DNA of 64,000 nt from a virus (lineage: Duplodnaviria; Heunggongvirae; Uroviricota; Caudoviricetes), in IMG/VR virus record IMGVR_UViG_3300044712_002337, positions 18,564 to 82,563 of that record; one strand, 5' to 3'. The notes under the pieces are model-generated. The model made no database searches. It saw only the letters and a list, made by a program, of their open reading frames with translations, and was not told the DNA's origin. The first letter of the stretch is position 1; each line of letters starts with the position of its first letter. Below are positions 47,292 through 56,058 of this stretch, in pieces. The position numbers and the translations under genes were made by a program.

Positions 47292-47405
47292 ATGCTGTTC
47301 GCCGAACACCACCCCCTGTCCTGGCCCGACGCCTTCGCGATGGCGGCCATGTTCGCCTTCTTCGCGTTCTGCATCTGGTGTCTGGTCCGCTATGGAAATC
47401 GGTAA
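47292..47405 (+). CDS. Small membrane peptide, 37 aa
   Basis: SWPDAFAMAAMFAFFAFCIWCLVR. Confidence 0.5.
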   Translation: MLFAEHHPLSWPDAFAMAAMFAFFAFCIWCLVRYGNR

Positions 47406-47424
47406 CTACTTTATAAGGACTTAA

Positions 47425-48582
47425 ATGTCTGAAACCAAGAAAACGACCCACCGGGTGGACGTCGTCCCCTTGAATCTGTCGCCGTGTCCGAACTCGGATT
47501 TTCTCTCGGTCTGCGCCGTAGACGGGTGGCAGTGCGTCACCCAGACGGCCCAGTGGGCGGGCAAGGACCGGGCCGCGTTCGTGCTACCCGACACCCTCGT
47601 GCCGGTGTCCCGCCCCGAGTTCGCCTTCCTGGCCAAGGACGCCAACGCCGACGGGTACTACCGCATCCGGGCGAAGAAGCTGCGGGGCGTCCGCTCGTTC
47701 GGCCTGCTCGTGCCCGCCCCGGACGGGGCCGAGATTGGGCAGGACGTGAGCGACCTGCTCGGGTGCAAGCACTATGACCCAGCTATCGCTGGGTCGAGGC
47801 CGAAGGGTGGACTATTCATGGGCGGCGAGGTGGCCCCGGCCCCGGACATATTCACCGTCAAGTACGACCTGGAGCCGGGCCGGAAGTACGCCCAGAAGGT
47901 GTTCACCCCGGGCGAGCCGTGCCTGGTGACGGAAAAGCTGCACGGGGCAAATAGTAGATACGTGTACAGTAAAGGAGAGATGCACTGCGGCAGCCGCACC
48001 GAGTGGAAGAAGGAGTACCCGTCCTACGACCACGTGACCGTCGAGTACCTGGTCGAGAAGGGCAAGACGCCGGAGGAGGCGGAAGACATCATCGCTCGGC
48101 TGAAGACGAAGCCGAAGACGCGGAACATGTGGTGGCAGGCCCTCGACGCCACCCCGTCCCTGCGGGCGATGTGCGAGGCGAACCCCGGGATGGTGGTGTA
48201 CGGCGAGGCGTACGGCGCCGTCCAGAACCTGAACTACGGGTGTAAGAAGGGCGAGGTGAAGTTCGCCGCCTTCGACCTGATGAAGGACGGGCGGTGGCTG
48301 GACGCGGGCGAGGCCCTCGAAATCCTCCGGTTCTGGGACGTGCCGACGGTCCCCATCCTGGGCGAAGCCGTCCCCTTCGACTTCGACGCCCTGTGCGAGA
48401 TGGCCGAGGGGCGGTCCACGGTGCCGGGAGCGGGGCACGTCCGCGAGGGGATTGTGGCACGCCCACTGAAGGAGCGGACCGACCACTGCTGCGGCCGCGT
48501 CGTGCTCAAGTTCGTCGGCGTCGGCTACCTGGAGAAGTCGGTGGACGAGGAGGTTAATTGTGAAGACCTCGCAGAGGTCTGA
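47425..48582 (+). CDS. RNA ligase, DRB0094/Rnl5-like
   Basis: N-terminal OB-like IRAKKLRGVRSFGLLVP; motif I TEKLHGAN; GEAYG, FAAFDL, REGIV, VVLK. Confidence 0.9.
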   Translation: MSETKKTTHRVDVVPLNLSPCPNSDFLSVCAVDGWQCVTQTAQWAGKDRAAFVLPDTLVPVSRPEFAFLAKDANADGYYRIRAKKLRGVRSFGLLVPAPDGAEIGQDVSDLLGCKHYDPAIAGSRPKGGLFMGGEVAPAPDIFTVKYDLEPGRKYAQKVFTPGEPCLVTEKLHGANSRYVYSKGEMHCGSRTEWKKEYPSYDHVTVEYLVEKGKTPEEAEDIIARLKTKPKTRNMWWQALDATPSLRAMCEANPGMVVYGEAYGAVQNLNYGCKKGEVKFAAFDLMKDGRWLDAGEALEILRFWDVPTVPILGEAVPFDFDALCEMAEGRSTVPGAGHVREGIVARPLKERTDHCCGRVVLKFVGVGYLEKSVDEEVNCEDLAEV

Positions 48583-48952
48583 ACTGACGGCCGAAGGGCG
48601 TCTGGAGGTGTGCGGCGGCTGGGCCCGGCTGGTGCCGCCCGAGGGGTTGGGGAAATACCTCCGGCACCTGTTCCACCTGTGGACGCACCGGGTTCACAAG
48701 CTGCAAGCCCCGTCACGCGGGGCCCACATAACCGTGGCCGAGCCGGGACGGGCTTCGCCCGGGTTGCTCGCCCTCGTCGGGCGGGAGTTCGAGTTCACCC
48801 TGGGGCTGGACCCCCGGACGAACGGGAACGCCTGGTGGCTGCCCTGCGGGTGCGAAGCCCTGGAGCCGCACCGGGCGACGCCGACCGACTTCCACCTGTG
48901 CCTCGGGTACGAAAGAGAGGGCTCGCATGCAAGACACCCCCGCCCTGATTAA
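48560..48952 (+). CDS. 2H phosphoesterase-like protein
   Basis: GAHITV and FHLCLG spaced as the two Hx(T/S) motifs; RTNGNAWWL segment. Confidence 0.7.
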   Translation: MKTSQRSELTAEGRLEVCGGWARLVPPEGLGKYLRHLFHLWTHRVHKLQAPSRGAHITVAEPGRASPGLLALVGREFEFTLGLDPRTNGNAWWLPCGCEALEPHRATPTDFHLCLGYEREGSHARHPRPD

Positions 48953-49100
48953 CGCCCTGCTCCACCCCGACTTCGTCCCCGTCAAGCGGCGGGCCACCAC
49001 CCCGGACGACGTCCGGGCGAAGCGGAAGCGGGTGGCGAAGCGGCGGGCCAAAAAGAGGAACGCTAAACGTTCCCAGAAACTCAACCGAGGAAAATCGTGA
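48927..49100 (+). CDS. Small Arg/Lys-rich protein, 57 aa
   Basis: GAGGG SD; KRKRVAKRRAKKRNAKRSQK. Confidence 0.55.
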   Translation: MQDTPALINALLHPDFVPVKRRATTPDDVRAKRKRVAKRRAKKRNAKRSQKLNRGKS

Positions 49101-49294
49101 AAAAAGCCTACCAAGTTACCGTCCTGTGCCAAACGCAGCTCAACTACCTTGTCGACGCCGAAACCCCCGTGGAGGCGGAGGTCGCCGCTCTTAACCGATG
49201 GGTGGGCGGAGACAAGGGCGAGACACTCGGGGACGAGTGGACGCGAATTGAAAAGTACACCACCGTGGAGAAGGCGACTTCGTCGTCGGACTGA
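49097..49294 (+). CDS. Hypothetical protein, 65 aa
   Basis: GTGA overlap. Confidence 0.6.
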   Translation: MKKAYQVTVLCQTQLNYLVDAETPVEAEVAALNRWVGGDKGETLGDEWTRIEKYTTVEKATSSSD

Positions 49295-49349
49295 GCGGTC
49301 CAGCCGCTCCGGGGTATGGGCCTCCGTGCAATACCGCACGGAGTGAGTC

Positions 49350-50144
49350 ATGCCAAAGGTCGTCCCCGCCGAAGTCGCCGCCGCCCTCTGCCCGGAAAAC
49401 TGCGTTCTCGACGCCTCCTCCTTCAAGGCGATGTCCCAACCAGCCCGGTTCACCGACCCCGATTACGGGGAGTTCGAGGCCACGCCCCACCAGGTCATCC
49501 GGGAGAACCGAGTCCACCGCAAGCGGGCCCTGGCCGAGGGGCGGAACGTGAAGCTGACGGCGGACGAGGTGCAGGAAAGGCTCCCTCCGCACGTCACGCT
49601 CGTGGCGAAGACGTTCAAGGGCTGCATGAAGCCGGCGACCTTCATTGATGCCGAGTACGGCAAGTGGAAGAGTACGGCGCACCACGTGATGGCCGGGCAC
49701 GGCCACCCCGAGCGGGGCAAAGAGAAGAGCAAGGAGACGTGTGTCGCCCGGTTCCAGTGCCGGCACCCGATGCAGAACCGGGACATCCTGATTAAGGCGG
49801 CGAGCAAGAAGAAGAACGCCCACTTCGTCCGCCACTGGCGGACGCAGGAGCTCGTCGTGGCCGTCGGGGGCTACGAGCTTGCCGTGGTGAACTGGTTCAA
49901 CCGGAACGCGATCGACTTCGAGTGGCAGTGCCCGGTCAAGCGGGCGGACGGGACGGTGTACTTCGTCGACTTCCTCCGGAAAGACTCTAACGTTTACTTG
50001 GAGATTAAAGGGAGGTGGATGGATGACAACGCCAAGCGAAAGTGGCGGGAGTTCCACGCCGAGTACCCCAACTCCGAGTTGTGGGACTACCGGCGGCTCG
50101 TCGACAAGGGCATCATCGAGCCCCGCTCCCGCGGCGGGCGGTAG
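49350..50144 (+). CDS. Free-standing endonuclease: two DUF723-like repeats plus PD-(D/E)xK domain
   Basis: Repeats F.D..YG.F/W.ATPH.V...HP.R; GGYELAV...YFVDFL...YLEIKGRW. Confidence 0.75.
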   Translation: MPKVVPAEVAAALCPENCVLDASSFKAMSQPARFTDPDYGEFEATPHQVIRENRVHRKRALAEGRNVKLTADEVQERLPPHVTLVAKTFKGCMKPATFIDAEYGKWKSTAHHVMAGHGHPERGKEKSKETCVARFQCRHPMQNRDILIKAASKKKNAHFVRHWRTQELVVAVGGYELAVVNWFNRNAIDFEWQCPVKRADGTVYFVDFLRKDSNVYLEIKGRWMDDNAKRKWREFHAEYPNSELWDYRRLVDKGIIEPRSRGGR

Positions 50145-50456
50145 GCCGCCGGCCGACCCACCCCGGGAGAATCTCGCGACCGGCCTGCGACCCGGCGACC
50201 ACGTGTTCCGCGTGGACACGTACCACGACCCCGGCCCCCGCCTGAAGGCCCGGCTGACCGTCGGCGTCATCGCCGAGCACCCGGACGCCGACCGGCTGCT
50301 CGTCGTGGCGCCGAACCTGGACGGGGTCGGGTTCATGGTCTCCAACTACCTCGACTTCCTCTGGTTCCGCACGCCGGGCGAGGCCAAGACCGAGGCCCTG
50401 AACCGGGCGAGCGAGCACCACATTGACGTCGCCAAGGCGGTGAGTGGGGTGCCGGG

Positions 50457-50708
50457 ATGAGAGTTTTTATTAAAAACAAAGCCCCGCCCGGCCATTTTCT
50501 GAGTCTGGATGAAGTCTTATCTCACCCCGGCGTTTACTCGCCCGTCGGCGAGAGCGGGTGCGAGGGAGAACGCCTGATTACCCTGTCGCCAGGGGCGACC
50601 CTGTGGACGGACGGGGGGCGGTTCGAGGCGGTGGACGAGGACTTGTGGTCGGAAGTCCCCTTCCGACGGGTGAAGACGGGCCGGCTGGTGGTCCTGTTCG
50701 GACAGTGA
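50457..50708 (+). CDS. Hypothetical protein, paralogue of 47007
   Basis: ATGA overlap. Confidence 0.6.
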   Translation: MRVFIKNKAPPGHFLSLDEVLSHPGVYSPVGESGCEGERLITLSPGATLWTDGGRFEAVDEDLWSEVPFRRVKTGRLVVLFGQ

Positions 50709-50764
50709 TTATTTACCCTTTTAAAATGTGGGGCTCCACCCCACGCCAGGAGGAGGTAGCGACC

Positions 50765-51676
50765 GTGAGCATTCAGCAAGTCGGCCAGGTGCAGGTGGTC
50801 AAGCCGTCGGACGAGGTGGTCAACCAGTTCGCCACCCTGGAGCAGACGACCCTCGACCGCCCGGTCAGCCCGGCGCGGCTGGAGTACCACCGCCAGCAGC
50901 TCGCCCGGGGGCGGTTCCTCCACCCGCCCACCTGGGCGAGCGTGTACTGCCGGCACAACGGCAAGCGGTACCGGGTGAACGGCAAGCACACGTCCCTGGT
51001 ACTGCGGGAGGTGCCGTACGCCGCCCGCCCGGCGGTCACCCTGGTGCACTACGAGTGCGACACCCCGGACGAGGTGGCCGACCTGTTCAACACGTTCGAC
51101 ACGCGGGAGACGACCCGCACGGTGACGGACGTGAACCGGGCGGTGTTCAACGCGAACGACGCCCTGAAGGGGTACCCGGTGCGGCTGGCCAACGGGATGA
51201 CGAGCGGCGTGTGCATCGTCAAGGCGGTCAAGACCGAGTGGGCGGAGGGGCGGCAGGTCGACTTCAACAAGCTGACGCGGGCGACGAACGCGGCCGAGCG
51301 GGCGCGGGCGGTGGCCGAGTACACGGGCACCGCCCTGTGGGTGCGGGACAACCTGAACACCCTGAAGACGGTCATCTTCGAGCGGGCGGCCGTGCTGGCC
51401 GCCGTCATCCTCACCCGCGAGGCCAGCCAGCAGGAGGCCGAGGGGTTCTGGCTGGCCGTGCGGGACGGCACCGACCCGAACCCGAAGGCGCCCACCCGCG
51501 TGCTGCGGGACTACCTGCTCGCCACCCGGGTGGCCGCCGGGGCGGCCGGGCGGGGGCGGACCGCCTCCCAGCGGGAGATGCTGACCAAGTGCCTGAAGGC
51601 GTGGAACGCCGCCCGCACGGGGGAGGAGTTGCTGCTGCGGTACTACGAGCAGAGCCTGATGCCGAAGCCGCTGTGA
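50765..51676 (+). CDS. ParB/DGQHR-like protein
   Basis: DRPVS...VNGKHT...FNTFD....RT..D pattern; AGGAGG SD. Confidence 0.65.
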   Translation: MSIQQVGQVQVVKPSDEVVNQFATLEQTTLDRPVSPARLEYHRQQLARGRFLHPPTWASVYCRHNGKRYRVNGKHTSLVLREVPYAARPAVTLVHYECDTPDEVADLFNTFDTRETTRTVTDVNRAVFNANDALKGYPVRLANGMTSGVCIVKAVKTEWAEGRQVDFNKLTRATNAAERARAVAEYTGTALWVRDNLNTLKTVIFERAAVLAAVILTREASQQEAEGFWLAVRDGTDPNPKAPTRVLRDYLLATRVAAGAAGRGRTASQREMLTKCLKAWNAARTGEELLLRYYEQSLMPKPL

Positions 51677-51720
51677 GCCGGACGGCGAAAACCCACGTGA
51701 CAACCCAAGAGGCAAACCGG

Positions 51721-52140
51721 ATGGAAAGCTGGCGTATCGTGTGGCGGGACGGGTTCGTTCCCGGCCTCTCGACGGAAAACCTGCAAGCCCTGGAGAAGGG
51801 GCTGGAAGCGGACGACTCGCGAATCCTTCAGGGGGCCACGACCACCCCGCCGCCCCTCATGTGCGTGCGGGATTGGGAGGTGGAAGCCGCTTGCCCGCTC
51901 GGCTACTGCGGCGTCCTAGAAAACGGCGGATTCGGCGAAGCTACGGTAGGTGAAACTGAGGAATTTTTTGCGCGAGCGTGCTTCGACGCCGACCAGCGAT
52001 TGGGAGAGCCGGCCGCCTGCCGATGGTTTTTAAATGCGTGGGACGATACGCCGAGAGACGAGATGAGGCGGGAGCTACTCGCCGAGGTCCGACTAGCCCT
52101 GGCCGCCCGGGCCGCCGTCCAAGAAGGAGCCGCCGCGTGA
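51721..52140 (+). CDS. Conserved hypothetical protein, probably host-derived (MESWR..WRDG...TTTPPPLMCV)
   Basis: Recalled as similar to a Gemmataceae chromosomal hypothetical protein; not verified. Confidence 0.7.
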   Translation: MESWRIVWRDGFVPGLSTENLQALEKGLEADDSRILQGATTTPPPLMCVRDWEVEAACPLGYCGVLENGGFGEATVGETEEFFARACFDADQRLGEPAACRWFLNAWDDTPRDEMRRELLAEVRLALAARAAVQEGAAA

Positions 52141-52349
52141 AGCCCACAACCTATCGGGTCGAGCACTACATCCTCTACCGAGACGGGCGGTGGAGCACGG
52201 CGGCCGAGCGGGTGATGAGTTTTACGGAAGAAAAAGCCGTCGTCTTGGGTCGCGAGGCTTTAGCCGAGCGATTCCGGACCATCTCCTCGTTCGAGTGCCT
52301 GGGGCCGCTGTACCACATCGCTGAGGTGGAGGTGGACCATGAAGACTAG
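52137..52349 (+). CDS. Hypothetical protein, 70 aa
   Basis: GTGA overlap; AAGGAG SD. Confidence 0.6.
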   Translation: MKPTTYRVEHYILYRDGRWSTAAERVMSFTEEKAVVLGREALAERFRTISSFECLGPLYHIAEVEVDHED

Positions 52350-52611
52350 CGAAGTGTACATCTGCTACGCCTTTCACGAAGTCATCGGGGACGGCGAGAT
52401 TTCCTGTAACCCAATCACGGGGGCGCGGTTCACGTCGCCAGAGCACGCCGCCGAAGTCCTCAAACTGTGGCGAGCGGACAGCGAGCCACTGCCGCCCCTG
52501 TTCCTGTGTCAGCACACGGTCCAGCCCATCATCGCCGCTGACGCGGCGAGTAGAGAAGTCGCGTGCGGGCTGGCTCCGCCCGGGGCCGTGGGGCCGAGCC
52601 CCACATTTTGA
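52339..52611 (+). CDS. Hypothetical protein, 90 aa
   Basis: GGAGGT SD. Confidence 0.6.
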   Translation: MKTSEVYICYAFHEVIGDGEISCNPITGARFTSPEHAAEVLKLWRADSEPLPPLFLCQHTVQPIIAADAASREVACGLAPPGAVGPSPTF

Positions 52612-52621
52612 AAGGTGAAAA

Positions 52622-52855
52622 ATGACCACCCATAGAGTGTTCCAAAGGGTCAACTGGGAGCAACTCCGGCTCCAGAAGGAGTGTCTCGTCCGGGTGTCTG
52701 GGTATAACGGGCGGGCGCCGCAGGTCGGGGCCGAGGAGGCCAACCTGCTGTGCGGGGTGGTGGCCCTCCTGGACCACTTCCAGGACTGCGCCGCCGAGGG
52801 GCTCGGCGAGAAAACCGTGTTCGGAGACCTGTCCGATGAGGGAGAAACGGGCTGA
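52622..52855 (+). CDS. Hypothetical protein, 77 aa
   Basis: Repeat-element SD. Confidence 0.65.
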   Translation: MTTHRVFQRVNWEQLRLQKECLVRVSGYNGRAPQVGAEEANLLCGVVALLDHFQDCAAEGLGEKTVFGDLSDEGETG

Positions 52856-53174
52856 GCCCCAGGCCTATCGCGTCGTCCTGAAAGACCCCACCTGGCTCCG
52901 CGACGGCGACCGCCCCGTCCACCTGGTCGAGCGACACGTCCACCTGCTCGGGTTCTTGACCGGGGGCAAAGTCCTCATCCCGCTGGGCGGGCGAGACCTG
53001 CGGGCCTCGCCGGATGACGTGCTCGACTCCCGCCCCCTTCGGACCGAGTGGTCCCACGCGGACGTGGACGAGGCGAACACCATGCGGCTGACGTGCCGGT
53101 ACTGCGGGGCGTGGCTGAGTCCGTCGGACGACGGGTACGGGGGCGAGTACGGCCATTGCGGGTGTGCGGAGTAA
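52836..53174 (+). CDS. Hypothetical protein with C-terminal CxxC...HCGC
   Basis: ORF track; followed by a terminator. Confidence 0.6.
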   Translation: MREKRAEPQAYRVVLKDPTWLRDGDRPVHLVERHVHLLGFLTGGKVLIPLGGRDLRASPDDVLDSRPLRTEWSHADVDEANTMRLTCRYCGAWLSPSDDGYGGEYGHCGCAE

Positions 53175-53204
53175 CCTCCGCACACAGTGAAAGACAGGAA
53201 TGCG

Positions 53205-53228
53205 GGCGGCCTTGGCCGCCTCTTTTTT
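53205..53228 (+). terminator. Intrinsic terminator
   Basis: GGCGGCC-TTG-GCCGCC then TCTTTTTT. Confidence 0.7.
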
Positions 53229-53244
53229 CGTACAGGGAGTTCCT

Positions 53245-53337
53245 ATGAGGCCGAGCCTACTCAAAGAGACGGTGAAGTCGTTCAAATACTCTAAAGTTCC
53301 TCTGTGGTTGTGGTCGGGTCCGGGGCTCGGACTTTAG
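53245..53337 (+). pseudogene. Orphan 30-codon copy of the AAA ATPase N-terminus
   Basis: MRPSLLKETVKSFKYSKVPLWLWSGPGLGL-stop vs MKPSLLLETVKSFRGSKVPLWVWGPPGCSK at 54260; has its own AGGGAG SD. Confidence 0.85.
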
Positions 53338-53403
53338 GATTGTGAGTACGGGGTTTTCTTGGATTCGGGGTAGAGGCCTCCGAACCCAAGGAGACCTCAG
53401 TTT

Positions 53404-54309
53404 ATGTCAGAGAAATTCGCCCGGAACTGCCCGCAGTGTGGGAAGGAAATCCTCCACACGAACAAGTATTACCGGAACCACAGCGAACGTGATAAACGCC
53501 CGTGTCGGGCGTGCAACCTCAAACCACACCAAGGTAAGGGTGAGAAGGCGCCCTTCTTTGGGAAGAAGCACACCCAGGAGACGATTAATAAACTCCGCGA
53601 AAGAGACACTAGCCGCTGGAAAACGGACGAGTTCAAGAAGAAGATGTCGGTTGTCACGAAGGGTGAGCGCAATCCGATGCACGGTAGGACAGTGTACGGT
53701 GTGTGGGTTGAGAAGTACGGGCAAGAGGAGGCTGATAAGCGATACGAGGCCATGCTGGTGAAGCAGAAGGCTAGGTCAACGGGTAAGAGGAACCCGATGT
53801 ACGGGAAGCCCTCACCAAGCGGGAGCGGCAACGGTTGGTCAGGGTGGTATAAGGACTGGTATTTCAGGAGTTTGCGTGAACTTTCGTACGTCATCAATCA
53901 TTTCGAACGGAATGGTATAGCATGGACTACGGGAGAAACGATTCGCATCCCTTACACGGACCCGGTTGGCCGGGATAGGACTTACTCGCCGGACTTCATC
54001 GTTGGGGGCACGATTATCGAAGTGAAGCCTCTGAAGCTGCACCCCTCCCCGCTCGTGACAGCGAAGAGACTCGCGGCTGAAGCGTACTGCTCGCAGAATG
54101 GGCTGGTTTATCTTCTGACCGACGCTACTCCACTCACTGACGACGAGATTCAAGAACTACACGAGCGCGGGGAAATCGTTTTCCTACCCCGGTACGAAAA
54201 GAAGTTTCAAGAACGGATGGCGGTTAGGTCAAAAACGCCTACTTTAAAGGATTCAACTGATGAAACCGAGTTTACTTCTGGAGACCGTGAAGTCGTTCCG
54301 AGGGAGTAA
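53404..54309 (+). CDS. Free-standing endonuclease: zinc ribbon + NUMOD3 + TnsA_N-like PD-(D/E)xK
   Basis: CPQC...CRAC; FFGKKHT / NPMHG / NPMYGK; FRSLRE...YSPDFIV...IEVKP. Confidence 0.85.
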   Translation: MSEKFARNCPQCGKEILHTNKYYRNHSERDKRPCRACNLKPHQGKGEKAPFFGKKHTQETINKLRERDTSRWKTDEFKKKMSVVTKGERNPMHGRTVYGVWVEKYGQEEADKRYEAMLVKQKARSTGKRNPMYGKPSPSGSGNGWSGWYKDWYFRSLRELSYVINHFERNGIAWTTGETIRIPYTDPVGRDRTYSPDFIVGGTIIEVKPLKLHPSPLVTAKRLAAEAYCSQNGLVYLLTDATPLTDDEIQELHERGEIVFLPRYEKKFQERMAVRSKTPTLKDSTDETEFTSGDREVVPRE

Positions 54310-55333
54310 GGTTCCGCTCTGGGTGTGGGGGCCGCCGGGCTGCTCGAAGTCCTCTCTCGTTAAACAGGCCTCGCAGCAGTTGGAAATTGGTTTGGTCGAC
54401 GTGCGCAGCACCCTGATGGACCCGGTCGACCTCCGCGGTCTGCCTACAGTGGACAAGAAGGCGAATCAGACGCGTTGGTGCCCGCCCGACTTCTTCCCGA
54501 CCGACGGGGAGGGGTTCCTCTTCCTGGACGAACTCGCCCAGGCACCCCCGATGATGCAGGCGGCACTCCTGCAACTCGCCCTGGACCGTAAGGTGGGCGA
54601 CTACGAACTTCCGCCGGGGTGGACCGTCATCGCGGCGAGTAACAACGCGAACGACCGGGCCGGGGTGGGCAAGGTCATCACTCCCCTGCTGAACAGATTT
54701 TGTCATCTAAATTTAGAAGTTAGTACGAGCGACTGGTTGGACTGGGCGTTGTCCGCCGGCGTCCGCCCCGAGGTGGTCGGGTTCATCCGCTTCAAGGAGT
54801 CGATGCTCCTGCAGTTCAACCCGGCGAGCGGGGCGAAGGCCTACCCCACCCCGCGGAGCTGGGAGTTCACCTCGAACGCCCTGGCTTCGCTTGAAAAACA
54901 TCCCGCCAGGGATGCGGTCCTTTTCGACGTCGTCAAGGGGTGCGTCGGGGACGGGCCGGCGGCGGAGTTCGTGTCGTTCGTCAAGCTCATGAACAAACTC
55001 CCCACGCCCGAATCCGTTCTCTCCGACCCGCACGGGTCGACCGTGCCGACCCAGATGGACGTGCTCCACGCCCTGACGAGCAGCCTGACCAGCCACGTGA
55101 GCGACCACCCGGACAAGCTGGGGGCGTTTTTGGATTACGCGAAACGGCTGCCGAACGAGTTCTACGCGTTCGCCGTCACGGGGGTGACGGCCGCGTTCAA
55201 GGGGCGGCAGGCCACCCTCATCAAACACCCCGGCTTTAAAGAGTTCGTGAAGACGGCGCGGGAGCGGGGCATCATGCTCGATGTCGGCGGGGCCGACACG
55301 AGCAAGGGAGGAGTCAGTCAGGACTTCAGATGA
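54260..55333 (+). CDS. MoxR-like AAA+ ATPase
   Basis: WGPPGCSKS, DPVDLRGLP, LFLDEL, IAASN, LLNRF, PTPRSWE. Confidence 0.92.
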   Translation: MKPSLLLETVKSFRGSKVPLWVWGPPGCSKSSLVKQASQQLEIGLVDVRSTLMDPVDLRGLPTVDKKANQTRWCPPDFFPTDGEGFLFLDELAQAPPMMQAALLQLALDRKVGDYELPPGWTVIAASNNANDRAGVGKVITPLLNRFCHLNLEVSTSDWLDWALSAGVRPEVVGFIRFKESMLLQFNPASGAKAYPTPRSWEFTSNALASLEKHPARDAVLFDVVKGCVGDGPAAEFVSFVKLMNKLPTPESVLSDPHGSTVPTQMDVLHALTSSLTSHVSDHPDKLGAFLDYAKRLPNEFYAFAVTGVTAAFKGRQATLIKHPGFKEFVKTARERGIMLDVGGADTSKGGVSQDFR

Positions 55334-55392
55334 GTGGGGCTCCGCCCCACAGCCCCGTGGCCCTGCGGGCCACATTTTAAAAAGGGAAACCT

Positions 55393-55806
55393 GTGACCGT
55401 TTCACCCGAACACCCGGCCGTCCGCGCCGCCGCCAGGTGGTGGGCCGACCAGCTTCGCACGCGGCGGGCCTCGACCGTCGGCGACGAGACCATGGACCTG
55501 ATGATGATGGTGGCAGACGGCCAGAACCCGTCGGTCTCCCCCGAAGACGCCGACCGGTTCGAGTCGGCCCTGGCTCACGAAATCGCCGCCTTCCTCTCCG
55601 GCTCCCGGTGGGAAGAGTGGCCGGAGGTGGTCGACGTGGATTACTGGCCGGACCCGACCCTCGGCCGGGCGCTCGGCGCGATTGGTCGTGCCGGTGGGTT
55701 GAACGTGCTTCCCGTCAAGACGGTGATGTGGGTGGGGCCGAAGAAGGTCGAAGTCCGCCGCGGCTACCGGCAGCCGGAGGTGGTGGTCTGGTCTTCGGAT
55801 GTGTAG
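55393..55806 (+). CDS. Hypothetical protein, 137 aa (VDYWPD..L)
   Basis: Exactly bracketed by inverted repeat elements. Confidence 0.75.
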   Translation: MTVSPEHPAVRAAARWWADQLRTRRASTVGDETMDLMMMVADGQNPSVSPEDADRFESALAHEIAAFLSGSRWEEWPEVVDVDYWPDPTLGRALGAIGRAGGLNVLPVKTVMWVGPKKVEVRRGYRQPEVVVWSSDV

Positions 55807-55864
55807 TATTTTACCCTTTTAAAATCGCGGGGCTCTGCCCCGCGGACCCCGAGGAAACAGCCAA

Positions 55865-56047
55865 ATGCTCACCGAGAAGCAGCAGAACTTGGTGGTGGGG
55901 ATGCTGGCCGAGCTGGTGGCGTGGTACGGCGAGGAGGACAACGCGGCCTACTGCGCCCGCCTGACCCGGGCGGAGAAGCTCCTCAAGAAGGTCGCACCGG
56001 AAACCCTGAAAAGTTTACAAGAATTCATCAAGGACAACTACTCGTGA
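55865..56047 (+). CDS. Hypothetical protein, 60 aa
   Basis: GAGGA SD. Confidence 0.6.
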   Translation: MLTEKQQNLVVGMLAELVAWYGEEDNAAYCARLTRAEKLLKKVAPETLKSLQEFIKDNYS

Positions 56048-56058
56048 GCGGAGCGAAC

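Noticed and set aside
53332-54346. Self-splicing intron in the AAA ATPase gene
   Set aside because: Joining GPGLG to KSSLVK would give a good Walker A, but the 5' exon would end in A rather than U, there is no GUGYG group II start, no room for a ribozyme core, and a complete second start exists. Kept only as an RT-PCR control.
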